Both the position numbers and the translations under genes were made by a program. Under the pieces are notes generated by a model. It did no database searches, was not told the DNA's origin, and saw only the letters and a list, made by a program, of their open reading frames with translations. A stretch of 55,363 nucleotides of DNA, filler included, from Catajapyx aquilonaris (taxonomy: Eukaryota), in the NCBI GenBank assembly GCA_000934665.2. It is 2 parts of 2 records of this genome, joined end to end, with 100 filler letters (N's around TTAATTAATTAA, not from the genome) between each part and the next. Parts side by side here need not be neighbours in the genome. Positions count along the whole stretch, not along the records: positions 27,719 to 55,363 come from KZ539272.1; 1 more part is not named here. One strand, written 5' to 3'. Below, in pieces: positions 40,345-51,894 of the stretch. Positions within the stretch are counted from its first letter, which is position 1. Every line of letters starts with the position of its first letter.

Positions 40345-40531
40345 GTTGTCATTGAGGTTTGAAGTGTGAGGACGCAGCATGGCGACTGCGAAGAAACTGG
40401 AGAGGACGTGTAGGCGAGACCAGGGATTTAGCCTTTTCTTTCTATTGCCCTTTACTTGGGATATATCACTCAGGAGGGACAGGAGTTCCTTTAGGAGCAG
40501 CAGGGATTGCGGGCTGCAAAAGCTCAGCGGC
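40345..40531 (-). CDS. Divergent RhoGAP-like gene, exon
   Basis: ttacag|G...AAC|gtgagg; PQSLLLLKELLSLLSDI...VLSSFFAVAMLRP. Confidence 0.85.
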
Positions 40532-40897
40532 CTGTAATGAAGGGTTTGTATATATACGTACTGACCAAATGGACTATATCCAGCTTCTCTTCATGAAGAG
40601 ACTTCGCGGGGGTCTTGTCATGGTATTGTACAAGCTATAACAGGTAGGTGTAATTATCGTAATGTATAAACTGATATTGAGCTCCCCATTTTTGACATTA
40701 AACATAGTTTTACGTGGTATTATAGTACAGCACTCATAGAAACTGGCCTCTCCAAATGAAACATTTCCCCGGAAGACGGAATGTTAGTTCAGTACTAAAT
40801 GCCGACCAACGATTTCTGCTTCCGTGCATTCATTGACCACCGTGGCACGTCCTAACGAAAAAGAACATCAAAGCCCCATCAAGCCCTGCTCTCTGAC

Positions 40898-41232
40898 CTT
40901 CTCAAGTCTTGAAGCAGAGTTCCGCAAATTCCTCCTTGCACCTGCCGAAGTGAAATGTGGCAGGATTGGCCGATTAGGATCCAGGAGCTGTACAAGTCTT
41001 CTGTCGGCACTTTGTCCGAGCCCAGAAGTGAGACAGGCAGGTGCTTCAGGTAGGTGCGAAGAAGGCACAGGAGGGCCCCAAAGGTCGCGTAATCGAGGTT
41101 CCAGTGAGGGAGTCTCCCTTTGTCCAAGTGTCGCTTCAACCATGCCTTCCCTAAGAAAGATCTCTTGCTTCGGAGCTCTTTTGCGAGTTCCTTCACAGAT
41201 AATGACCGACTTCTAATTCTGTCAAAAATGAC
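40898..41232 (-). CDS. Divergent RhoGAP-like gene, exon
   Basis: cgtcag|GTC...AG|gtcaga (phase 0 to 2); LKRHLDKG...LLRTYLKHLPVSLL...DLYSSWI. Confidence 0.85.
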
Positions 41233-41312
41233 CTGACGGAATTCATAAATCCTGTTTGGTTATGCTGCTCACTCATTTCATATAAGTGCAAGCTAGGGAT
41301 TTGTGTGCTTAC

Positions 41313-41376
41313 TTTTAGAACTGGGTGAATGCTGGTGGGGTCGTACTGCATATCAATAGGCTTCCCAAACTCAAGC
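41313..41376 (-). CDS. Divergent RhoGAP-like gene, first recognisable coding exon (start codon uncertain)
   Basis: cattag|G...AAA|gtaagc; LEFGKPIDMQYDPTSIHPVLK matches FG.PL...IP.VL at the start of RhoGAP domains. Confidence 0.75.
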
Positions 41377-41779
41377 CTAATGCATACCACAATATGGAGA
41401 TAAATTAATAGCATAAATTACAAAATAACAGGAAGGTAATTAATATCATTGTACTGTATATGTATGAAGCACAGGCTGCTCCCTCTTATGATGATTAACA
41501 ATTAGGGAATATGTCAAGTGTTCACATTTTGGCCATTAAAGATAATATACATGATGTATGTTGCAATTCAATGACAATATGGAACATTACAATTTTAAAA
41601 TAATAAACACACATGTTAAGCAAGCCGGATTCGCATTCTGGAGAATGTTATTCGTATAAAGAGGAGCATGGACGTGGTGTTCAATAATACGTAACATCTA
41701 TCTGCTACATCAGTATGAATATGGAGCCCTATATTGAAATCATCCCGAAACCTTTTCAATGTAATCCTCCATGACCTCC

Positions 41780-41925
41780 ACACTGCACATTTCCACTGCA
41801 TGCTTTCCTGCTTGGACTAGGGCCCAAGTGATGCACCCATGTTTCATCACCTGTCACTATACATTATTCAGAAGAAAAATCCATCGGCATTGCCTTCAAG
41901 GTGACCCAGAAGTCTGGACACTTAA
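41780..41925 (-). pseudogene. Mariner transposase fragment around the first catalytic Asp
   Basis: IVTGDETWVHH...SKQESMQWK. Confidence 0.85.
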
Positions 41926-41966
41926 ATAGGCTAATTGTATTGTATTGTTGGTTGACAACTGGCAAC

Positions 41967-41970
<4 letters not shown>

Positions 41971-42061
<91 letters not shown>

Positions 42062-42391
42062 CCCCGTTATAGGGCCATAGGCCCTTATAGGGGAGTGGGA
42101 CACCACCATTTTTCGTTCGATTTTCTATATTTTTCTTCCAACTCCGGTGCAAGGACGAAAGGACATGGGGTAAGGATAGGGATTTATTGGGGAGGGAACA
42201 TAGGTGCAAGTGCAATGTCAACAAATGGGTCATGTGCTGTCCCCCGGGAGGTTAGGTTGCCAGACACCTCCTTGGTGCAGGTCAGAGACCCTCCTGACGC
42301 AGGTGAAAGGAAAGTTCCCCAGGCGGGGATCGAACCTGGGGCCTTTCACTCAGCAAGCCGCGACGTTACCATCACGGCCACCACACCTCCC
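41971..42391 (-). mobile_element. tRNA-derived SINE with long (TA)n tail
   Basis: A box TGGCCGTGATGG, B box GGTTCGATCCC, TSD CAACCAACAATATATA. Confidence 0.9.
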
Positions 42392-42438
42392 CAACCAACA
42401 ATATATACAATACAATTAAATTAATAAAATAATAATAA

Positions 42439-43565
42439 TCTCTATATCTATAAATAAGGAAGCTTTATTGTTAGTTTGTGAGTTTGGATGTTTGTCCCTT
42501 ATAGAAATCCAGGGGAAGGCCCTTACACCGCCTTAAATTAGCATATCGGGGGTTACTTTTTCCAAGGAATCTAACGCCGCATGTTTCAGCTTCCGAAAAT
42601 GAACCTAACACCCATAACACGCATATTCCTGCCTCAACAATTAGCTTACATCAATAACAATTAATCAATTTGCATTCCATGGAAATGCCTCTCTTTTTTT
42701 TAGCCATTTACCTCCCTGCATCGTACCGCAGGGAGGGAACCTTTATTTCGCCTTGATGGAACCTTTTTGACGTAGTGCTCGGGCCCACGGGCAGACTGAC
42801 TGGGAGGGGATGTGCAAGGTGCAAGTGCAATTCTCAAACGGTATATTTTGTGAACTCCCCCGGGTGGATTAGTCTGAGGAGATTCCACCCGAAACGAAGC
42901 CAGAGACGACCCAACTCTGCACGGGATGAAGGAGGGAACCCCGGGCTGGGATCGAACCCGACGTTTTCGCAGCGCCATTTTGTCTCCTTATGCCCTCATG
43001 TGCCCTTATGCCACTTATGCCACTTATGCCTTATGCCACTTATGCCCTTATGCCACAATACCTAGCAAATTAAACCATCTCCGTAAATTCAGCGCATCCA
43101 CCAATTACGCTAATTGGCCACCTCACGTGACTTCGTATCTTATGGTAATTCCGGGATTTTGTGGGATTTGAAAGTAGACTTCCAGACAAAGTAAATACAA
43201 TTAAATAATACAGTATTATTTTGCAAAATATTACTCCGTGTTGAAAACAAAATTTCCCATCATACATCTGTACGTACATTTCTAAAGTTCTTCAGAGCAA
43301 ACATATGGAACGAGGTGGGGGTGTGAAGTGGGGTTGGGGGGGGGGTCAAGGGGTCAAAAATGCAGGGGGAAAAACACATGGCTGTGCAGTCTTTTCCTGG
43401 GCCAACTCCATCCGCATTCCTCTTTTTACACATCCAATCAGAATATCCGTGTCCCTGTCCGTGTCGACTGTACGCTATAAGACAAGCAGGTAATCTATCA
43501 CAGATATGTACCCCTATCTTTACCAGCACCCCAACATACCCGGGCAACGCCGGGTAACCTGCTAG
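42439..43565 (+). mobile_element. Non-autonomous Helitron
   Basis: 5' A|TCTCTATATCTATAAATAAG; 3' hairpin ACCCGGGCAACGCCGGGT followed by CTAG. Confidence 0.8.
42692..43055 (-). mobile_element. SINE-like element nested in the Helitron, with tandem GGCATAAG units at its head
   Basis: B box GGTTCGATCCC, 3' hairpin CCTCCCTGC...GCAGGGAGG, short poly(A). Confidence 0.65.
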
Positions 43566-43738
43566 AAAATTAATAAATTACCTAAGTGTCCAGGCTTCTG
43601 GGTCATCCTGTAGGTTACAATGTTGGTATCCTATATCCAAATAGGCCTACACAGGTCATACAAGTATATGGAAGTATTCCAGGACCAGCCCAGGGTTATA
43701 TGCTTATAGCAGAGGTCATGGCAGAGGCTCTTATACTA

Positions 43739-44749
43739 CAGGGTGGACGGAAAGTTTCGGACCCCCCCAGGTTTTTAAACCCTACTTTTCACAGCGTCTT
43801 TTCACATCTTTTAAAAGTCCACAAGCAGTTCTAATGTATACTATCTTTTGAAGCATAATCTTGAGAACATCTGAGCACCTTCGCTCTCGCAATTCCATTA
43901 ATAACTTCGCCTCTGTGACTCATCTAAACATCCTATCTGTTTTGCGTTTATTTTGCTTGTTGCCTTGGAGGACACCTGGTCATATTCTGCGTCAGATAAG
44001 GTTTTTATGACCATTTTCTATGAGTTCCCCTTCATGCAAATGTTGCGAACTCACTCCTGACATTATTTTTCGCATTGGTCCATAACCTGGTCCAATAAAA
44101 ATTTGAAAAGGAATGCATTAAATGGCGGACCCGGATGCATTACTTTCGAATTCTCACATTGGTACAATCACATTTTGTCTCCATTTTTTACTTTAAAATA
44201 TTTTTTTGGTGCGAAAGGACGTGAACGAAAGGATGTGTCATGTTGATTAATTTACCAAGGTAGGACTGTTTACTGTCCTTTCCCACCAAAAAATTATTTT
44301 AAAGTAAAAATGAAGACAAATGTGATGGTACCAATTCGAAAGTAATGCATACGGGTCCGCCATTTCATGCATTCCTTTTCAAATTTTTATTGGACCAGGT
44401 TATGGACCAATGCGAAAAATAAGGTCAGGAGTGAGTTCACAACATTTGCATGAAGGGGAACTCATGGAAAAGGGTCATAAAAACCTCATCTGACGCAGAA
44501 TATGACCAGGTGTCCTCCAAGGCAACAAGCAAAACAGATAGGATGTTTAGATGAGTCACAGAGGCGAAGTTATTAATGGAATTGCGAGAGCAAAGGTGCT
44601 CAGATATTCTCAAGATTATGCTTCAAAAGATAGTGTACATTAGAATTGCTTGTGGACTTTTAAAAGATATGAAAAGACGCTGTGAAAAGTAGGGCTAAAA
44701 AACCTGGGGGGGGGGGGATCCGNGGGTCCGAAACTTTCCGTCCACCCTG
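43739..44749. mobile_element. 1-kb almost fully palindromic Tc1/mariner-type MITE
   Basis: TA|CAGGGTGGACGGAAAGTTTCGGACCC...GGGTCCGAAACTTTCCGTCCACCCTG|TA; ~470-bp arms highly similar. Confidence 0.92.
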
Positions 44750-44904
44750 TATAATGAGTCAACTGCATTTGATTATATTGTAAAGGGTTTTCCGAGTTGT
44801 TTGTATTAATATTCTATTACTTGTTTTATTGATATGAATGTGTGTTGTTTTAGTTCATAAGTGGGGATTAACTTGCATCTCCTTCATCACTACGACCTTT
44901 AGAC

Positions 44905-45126
44905 CAGCGTTTCTCAAACCATTTTACCCCTGCCCCTGCGTAACCCTTGAAATAATTTACTTATATCTCAGGGAACCTTTACGTTTAATTATTAGAAGAC
45001 GTGTATTACTGTATATGCCTATCAATTAATGACTCAGAAATACATTTACATATGATAATCCTATTCATCACTATTTCTCGTGGAATCTCTGGCGAGTGCT
45101 CGCGGAACCCTGGTTGAGAAACGCTG
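44905..45126. mobile_element. hAT (Charlie-like) MITE
   Basis: CAGCGTTTCTCAA...TTGAGAAACGCTG; flanks CTTTAGAC / CTTAGAC. Confidence 0.8.
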
Positions 45127-45149
45127 CTTAGACTATAGGGAAAATGTCG

Positions 45150-45153
45150 TGAC

Positions 45154-45225
<72 letters not shown>
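45150..45225. repeat. (GAT)n microsatellite
   Basis: Seen directly. Confidence 0.95.
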
Positions 45226-46761
45226 AAAACTAGAAGAGTTGAAGTTATAGTGGCGTATTCGTCATTCATACCTGACACCTTCCATAATGGGAATGGAATC
45301 TGAAATAATTAGGAAATTAGTTGTTGATATTTTTAGAGATAAGATAAATGCTGCTATGCACTGTGTAGAATGTCTCTATAGGCTACCTGCAGTTTGACCA
45401 ATTATAGAAATATGTCTTCTTCCCATGTTTTCTGTTGAAACACACACACTGCTCTCCTAAAATGTAAAATCTCTGCGATCTGACGCAGATTCGTGTCAAG
45501 CCTCTATAAATGCTTGCAGTATGAGTACACTACCATGGAAACTCTCAAATATAATCTAACAATAATGGCCTAGAATCAGGGTAAACACGTCCATGTCTAG
45601 TGTACTGTTGCTGACCCTGGATGAACAATATTGCCTTAGATCTCCCTGAATTTCGGACACCAAAATTCCAAAATTCAAAGCTGTTCTTTTTCTGTAGCTC
45701 TTTGCGCCCTGATCCAGGTGCCCAATTATTTCCAGGTGGTCGAATGTATCAGCTGCTACATAATAGGGCACCTCGATCTACGTACATGCAACAAACTACC
45801 AGAAAAAACAGCTTTGAGCAAAATTTCCTATAACTAAAGCGACCAACACAGTTGCAATATAACACCCTGTACATATATGTGTAGATCTCGATTGAAATGG
45901 TCTAAATGTTTTGAAATACTCCCCTGACAATACATTAACAGTCAAGGTATTGCTGGTTAAATTCTGTCACCAAGTTATAAATTGCAATTTCCAAGGCTCC
46001 CAATAGTGTTAATGCCAGGGAAGAGTGTTTTAGCATAAGTAACTCTTCGCAAACTGATGTGATACTTTTGAAGATTACAGTAGTAGAAGGGAATTTATCC
46101 AAAATGAGATGACAATCATTAACTTGAAAGAAAACTTACATTCTGGCAATTTTGACCATCTGAATTGTTCTGCAGTGTTATAGCAGTCTTGCCTATAAGA
46201 TGAAGTTTATAACTTACAGTTAGTTCAATTATTTTGCCTTGTCATGACCATTAAATGCATGCATTACTTCATTTTAAACCTATAGCTGAAAGCCCCAGTT
46301 GGTTGAAGTCAGTCATGTGTCTATCTACAAGCCATCATTAGAATGCAGAATACAACTGATAAACTTTATTACTAACTGATTTCCGCCCTACAGGATGTAA
46401 TGGTTGCGAGGAGTCCCATGCCAATCATTTGCCCTGGGCTTCAAAATATACTGGGGGCAGACCTGGGCCCGTGCGTATTATTTTACCCCCAAAAAAGTGT
46501 ATAATACAAACAATTAGAAGAACAGAGAAAAACTCTAAAAATGCATAATCGCAGTAATCTGGGCTTGTCCAATGTATCATCCAAGAAAATGAAAGCCAAG
46601 GGGGTACTCACTTCGGTACTCCTTGGTAGGCTACTCCCAGGTATTCCTTGGCTCTTCCAGACAATAAACAAATATGCTCGTAACTTCAAGAGCTTTTCCC
46701 TCTCATGTCGGGCTTCCAATCCGAAGCTTGGGATCCAAGTATGAGCTGCTGGGGCAGTATA

Positions 46762-47654
46762 CAGGGTGTATCAGAACTCTACCGTAAGCCATATGCCAAT
46801 GGCGTAATGGTCAGCAGATGATCATATACAGTATCGGAATCATGGTGGCGACTGCTACTTTTGGCCGCTGGAGCGCTAGGGGGCTTGGGGCTGTAAGCCA
46901 AGGACATGGCTGCTGGCAATGTGCTTTGTATTGACTCGCTTATCGCATTTACACTTTTTAAAACAAAATGCCGACTACGTGTGTGGCCTACGGGTGCAGT
47001 AAGAAGGGGGGGGGGGGGGACCGATTCCCCAGGGATAAAGTGCTCCAAGTGGTTGGCAGCTATAAAAAAAGAGCGAATTTTGTGTGTACATCAGCGTCTC
47101 GGGTGTGCCGGGATCACTTTTTGGAAGAGGATTACTGCACGGAAGGATATTATGCAGGTTATATATTAATGTATACTTATAACCGTGTCAGCCACAATGC
47201 TCCGCGAGATTTAGTCGAAATGCTTGTCACTCAGTAAAAAGAAACCTCCATTTACTCCAACCTGTATTTTGGCGCTCATATCTGCTGAGGCCTCAAGCCC
47301 AGTGCTGCCACCTACGCTGAGCTTCTCATGTCGCCACCCCCATAGGTATAAAATATCCTGGCAGGTATGCAAACCTTCAGCCGCCAATCGCATCACAGGT
47401 GATGTCGCAGCTATTTTCTGGGGGGCTACTGCCACACTGCTATTGGGGTAGTCACTAAGGGCTCTTAGAATGCAGTTCCCCCCAGATGCACTGCTATTCT
47501 ACAATCACGCTTAAGCGCAATCGCTACTTCGCAAATGATCAATTATCTACGTGATGTGGCTGCCTAGACATGATGGCCCCTCTACATATAATGATGCTCT
47601 GGTGCCCCTTATGCCATTGGCACATGGCTTACGGTAGAGTTCTGATACACCTTG
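46762..47654. mobile_element. Tc1/mariner-type MITE carrying a THAP-coding insert
   Basis: TA|CAGGGTGTATCAGAACTCTACCGTAAGC...GCTTACGGTAGAGTTCTGATACACCTTG|TA. Confidence 0.88.
46968..47150 (+). pseudogene. THAP (C2CH) zinc-finger remnant, probably from a P/Kolobok-type transposase
   Basis: MPTTCVAYGC...RFPRD; KWLAAIK in a second frame; RVCRDHFLEEDY. Confidence 0.85.
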
Positions 47655-47814
47655 TATACTTGTACAAGGCCACTCTGCTTTACACCAGTACAGTAGTTGC
47701 GAACAATAGTGATATATCGGGGGAGAGTATCTCATGAATGCCCTGTACATCTTCTACGTTTATATTCATATGTACTTTAAATATTTGTTTGTCATTCAGT
47801 TACAAACAGCTATA

Positions 47815-48718
47815 CAGGGTGTATCAGAACTCTACCGTAAGCTATGTGCCAATGGCATAAGGGGCACCAGAGCATCATTATATGTAGAGGGGTCATCATG
47901 TCTAGGCAGCCTCATTACGGAGATAATTGCCTTCAAACACGTAGTACAAAGTATCCTGTGAGGTATGGAAACCTTCAGCCCCGACATCGCATCACTCGTG
48001 AAAATAGCAGCTTTTCCATTTAGCTACTAGCATGTCGCATGTGTACTGCATGTCGCATGTGATCTGTGACAATTTGTGACAATTTGTGACAATCTGTGAC
48101 AATCTGTGACAATCACTCTTAGGCCCAATCAGGGAGCATATACTACATAAGAGGCGCAAACATTCGATTTTTTTCGTCTCTCTGTTTATGGCGTTGCCAA
48201 GGCTGGCGGCCATCTTGAAGTGTGTGGTATGTCAACGAGGTATAAATAGGGTACAGACAGGCCGTCAAGGTCCGCGGGGTCCGCCATCTTTGATGGTTTG
48301 GGCTGCCATGGCAATACACGGCAATAACAATTTACTTACCCATTTTCCAATATCGAATTCAAATTCGCGCGTGTTATTGCCGTGTATTGCCATGGCAGCC
48401 AAAACCATCAAAGATGGCGGACCTTATTTTTGCCTGTACCCTATTTATACCTCGTTGGCATACCACACACGTCAAGATGGCCGCCGGCCTTGGCAACGCC
48501 CTATAAACAGAGAGAGGCGAACAACAAAGGCGCCGACAGAAGTTTGCGCCTCTTATGTAGTAGCCTATATGCTCCCTGGCCCAATTGCTAAATCGCAAAT
48601 GATCAATTATCTCAGTAATTAGGCTGCCCAGACATAATGACTCCTCTACATTAATTGATCCCCTGGTGCCCATTAAGCCATTGACACATAGCTTACGGTA
48701 GAGTTCTGATACACCCTG
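47815..48718. mobile_element. Second copy of the CAGGGTGTATCAGAACTC MITE family
   Basis: TA-flanked TIRs matching the 46762 copy; short (GTGACAATYT)n array at ~48066-48113. Confidence 0.9.
48130..48578. mobile_element. Nested palindromic MITE with 7-bp TSD (P-element-like)
   Basis: GCCCAAT|CAGGGAGCATAT...ATATGCTCCCTG|GCCCAAT; the 17917 copy shows the empty site. Confidence 0.8.
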
Positions 48719-50376
48719 TATAAGCTTTATTTTAACGATGCATTAATCTATGATCACATGTTTAATTAACCAGTTTTTTTCATGAAGAGAAGGGAGATCA
48801 AGGAAGGCTGGAGAGGGCTGGGGGTGGCGGGATGAATCGAAATGACTGAATATATATTTTTAAATTGTAAATTCCACTTAGATTAATATCTCATGAATTA
48901 ATGTAAGTTAAATGGCTTTCTGAAGCAAATAGCAGCTTTCAATACGAAAATATCTTGCTATTTTTATACAATATACGATTGTTTTGACGGAAATGTTGCG
49001 AATGACAATACATTGTTTTCATATTATAAACTTATAGCCCAGGGCAAATGATTGGCATGGGACTCCTCGCAACCATCCTGTAGGGCGGAAATCAGTTAGT
49101 AATAAAGTTTATCAGTTGTATTCTGCATTCTAATGATGGCTTGTAGATAGACACATGACTGACTTCAACCAACTGTGGCTTTCAGCTATAGGTTTATTAT
49201 AAACATAAAGGCGAGCGGTCACTGAAGGAAAAGACGCTTATTTAAGGGTTTAGTGACCACTTGGGTATAACAAGCAAATGACCCTTTTTTTGGAAAGTGC
49301 ATATCGTGACTGCATCGTACATGAAATTTTTTTGATGTCGGACCCTGGGAAGTGCCCGAAATGACGTCATCAAGATGGCCGAAATTGAACATTGCTAGGG
49401 TGCTAGAAATGAATTTATGGAGCCCCCGGTACTCGTTCTGACTGCGGGTTTTGGCTGCCAAGTTGTTAAGAAGTGCCTAGGCGATAATTACAGAACCATA
49501 CCGCTTCCTCAGGAATGAGTATGAGGCCACATGACTGACAAATATGCCAAGCAACTTACCAAATTTCAGAGAACATTTCGCTTTAGTCACGTTTTGCTGC
49601 TCCCCCTTGAGGTATAGCAGAAAATACTTCCTGTAGGCATTGTCGCGGGCGTTATTCTGGACATTTTGGCATTTATTAGAAGTCCATCGGTTGAGAATTG
49701 TACACAGGAGAGCATTTTTTGTGAGCGAGTGCGCGAGTGCGCGAGTAGGTGGCGCATGGCGCCTGTAGTACGCCAGATGAGTGAAATATTTGTAAGAATG
49801 GCCCCTTTAATGATAAAAGCATGAAATTTGGCACACTTGTAGACAACACCCTAATGGACGTTTTTGGTAGGGTGGCCATCCCAGATTCTTCCTGTAATTA
49901 AATTGGCAGCCATTTTTCAAAGTGGCGACTAGGTGTTATGGAAACGTCTTATTTTTTTGTAGTTATTCATTACAATCATTTACTTGTGGCCATACGATGA
50001 CTATTACAAGTTAAACGTACTTTATAAGTAAAAAATGAAGCATATTTAGTATATAATCATCATCATCATAATATTCATAATTTATAGCACACTAGGCCTT
50101 ATCTAATTCTGTTGTTGTAAAATTTTATGGTATCATTCGCAGCCTTTTCCCAATTGCCACTGCCCATCGGGGTAACGAATAAATAAATAAATACATAAAT
50201 AAGTTAAATACATAAATAAATGTCATTTTATTGGGGTAGTCGAGTGAATAAAATAAAATCATTCACAATATTATTGATAGTTGTTTATTCGATGCGCATG
50301 CAGTGTCTTGGATTACCTCTTTTATTTTATTGTTCATGATTAAATAAATATTGATGCTATCCCTCAAACCCATTAA

Positions 50377-51878
50377 CCCTTTGATGACGGAGTTTTTGAG
50401 GGATTGCATTACCCCAGGGCCTGAGTTTTTTTTTTTTTCCTTTTCCGGAAATTTTTGACCTCGCCGATTCTCTTGAAATTCGGTGCATTGGTAGCCCACA
50501 CCAAGGGATGAAAAACGCACCTGTAGTTACCTGATAAAAATGACCTCGTGACCCAATTTTGAGGGGGGCAAAGGTCAAATCATAAAATTTCGACCTCACC
50601 GATTTTCTTCAAATTCGGTGCATTGGTAGCCCACACCAAGGGATGAAAAACGCACCTATAGTTACCTGATAAAAATTACCTCGTGGCCCAATTTTGAGGG
50701 GGGCAGATGTCAAATCATAAAATTTCGACCTCACCGATAGGTAGGGCTGTGCGATATCCGAAATTGCATATCGACTTTCGATACTTAAAAAATATCGCAT
50801 CGAAGTCGATATATCGAAAATCGAAAAACCGACATCGCAAAATATCGCAAACCGACATTGCGATATTTTTCGATGTCGGTTTTTCGATTTTCGATATATC
50901 GACTTCGATTCGATATTTTTTGAGTATCGAAACAGCCCTACTCACCGATTTTCTTGAAATTCGGTGCATTGACATAATTATGTCCCCCTCCAATATGGGT
51001 CACAGGATCATGTCGAGCAGGAAACTATATGTGGGTTTGTCATCCCTTGGTGTGGACTACTAATGCACCGAATTTCAAGAAAATCAGTGAGGTCGAAATT
51101 TTATGATTTGACCTCTGCCCCCCTCAAAATTAGGTCACTTGGCCATTTTGATCAGGTAACTATAGGTGCGTTTTTTATCCCTTGGTGTGGGCTACCAATG
51201 CACCGAATTTGAAAAAAATCAGGTGAGGTCGAAATTTGACCTCTGCCCCCCTCAAAATGGGGTCACGAGGTCATTTTGATCAGGTAACTGTAGGTGCGTT
51301 TTTCATCCCTTGGGGTGGGCTACCAATGCACCGAATTTCAAGAAAGTCGGTGAGGTCAAAATTTTATGATTTGACCTCTGCCCCCTCAAAATTGGGTCAC
51401 GAGGTCATTTTTGTCAGGTAACTATAGGTGCGTTTTTCATCCCTTGGTGTGGGCTACCAATGCACCGAATTTGAAAAAAATCCGGCGAGGTCGAAATTTG
51501 ACCTCTGCCCCCCTCAAAATTGGGTCACTAGGTCATTTTGATCAGGTAACTATAGGTGCGTTTTTCATCCCTTGGGGTGGGCTACCAATGCACCGAATTT
51601 CAAGAAAATCGGTGAGGTCGAAATTTTATGATTTGACCTCTGCCCCCCTCAAAATTGGGTCACGAGGTCATTTTTGTCAGGTAACTATAGGTGCGTTTTT
51701 CATCCCTTGGGGTGGGCTACCAATGCACCAAATTTCAAGAAAATCGGTGAGGTTGAAATTTTTTGCGTTGAAAAATGACCCAAGTTGGCAGGGCAAATCG
51801 CCGGACATCATATGATGGCCGTAGGCCCTCCAGCAATGCAAGCTCGGAAATCATATGATGGCCGTAGGCAGCAAAGGG
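50377..51878. mobile_element. piggyBac-like non-autonomous element with inverted ~130-bp minisatellite arrays
   Basis: TTAA|CCCTTTG...CAAAGGG|TTAA; empty TTAA site in the inverted duplicate near 54290. Confidence 0.85.
50742..50940. mobile_element. hAT-type MITE nested in the piggyBac-like element
   Basis: TAGGGCTG...CAGCCCTA, CGATA-rich body, CTCACCGA duplicated on both sides (4 extra bases on the left). Confidence 0.85.
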
Positions 51879-51894
51879 TTAAGTTAATTGTAAT

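Larger units (their letters stand above)
46276..49195. repeat. Near-identical ~160-bp inverted duplication (46276-46440 / 49036-49195)
   Basis: Reverse-complement match with one substitution and one 5-bp indel. Confidence 0.9.

Noticed and set aside
40562..40851. Extra exons or a frameshift within the RhoGAP-like gene (LVQYHDK..., DVPRWSM...)
   Set aside because: These would need very short introns or a frameshift; the 40898-to-40531 splice gives a clean phase match and better domain spacing
13761..45278. Low-complexity ORFs (SLSL, TYLL, poly-L, IYIY, poly-S)
   Set aside because: Translations of microsatellites
51064..51765. Regularly spaced repeats as a CRISPR-like array
   Set aside because: Whole units repeat with no unique spacers, inside a TTAA-flanked eukaryotic element
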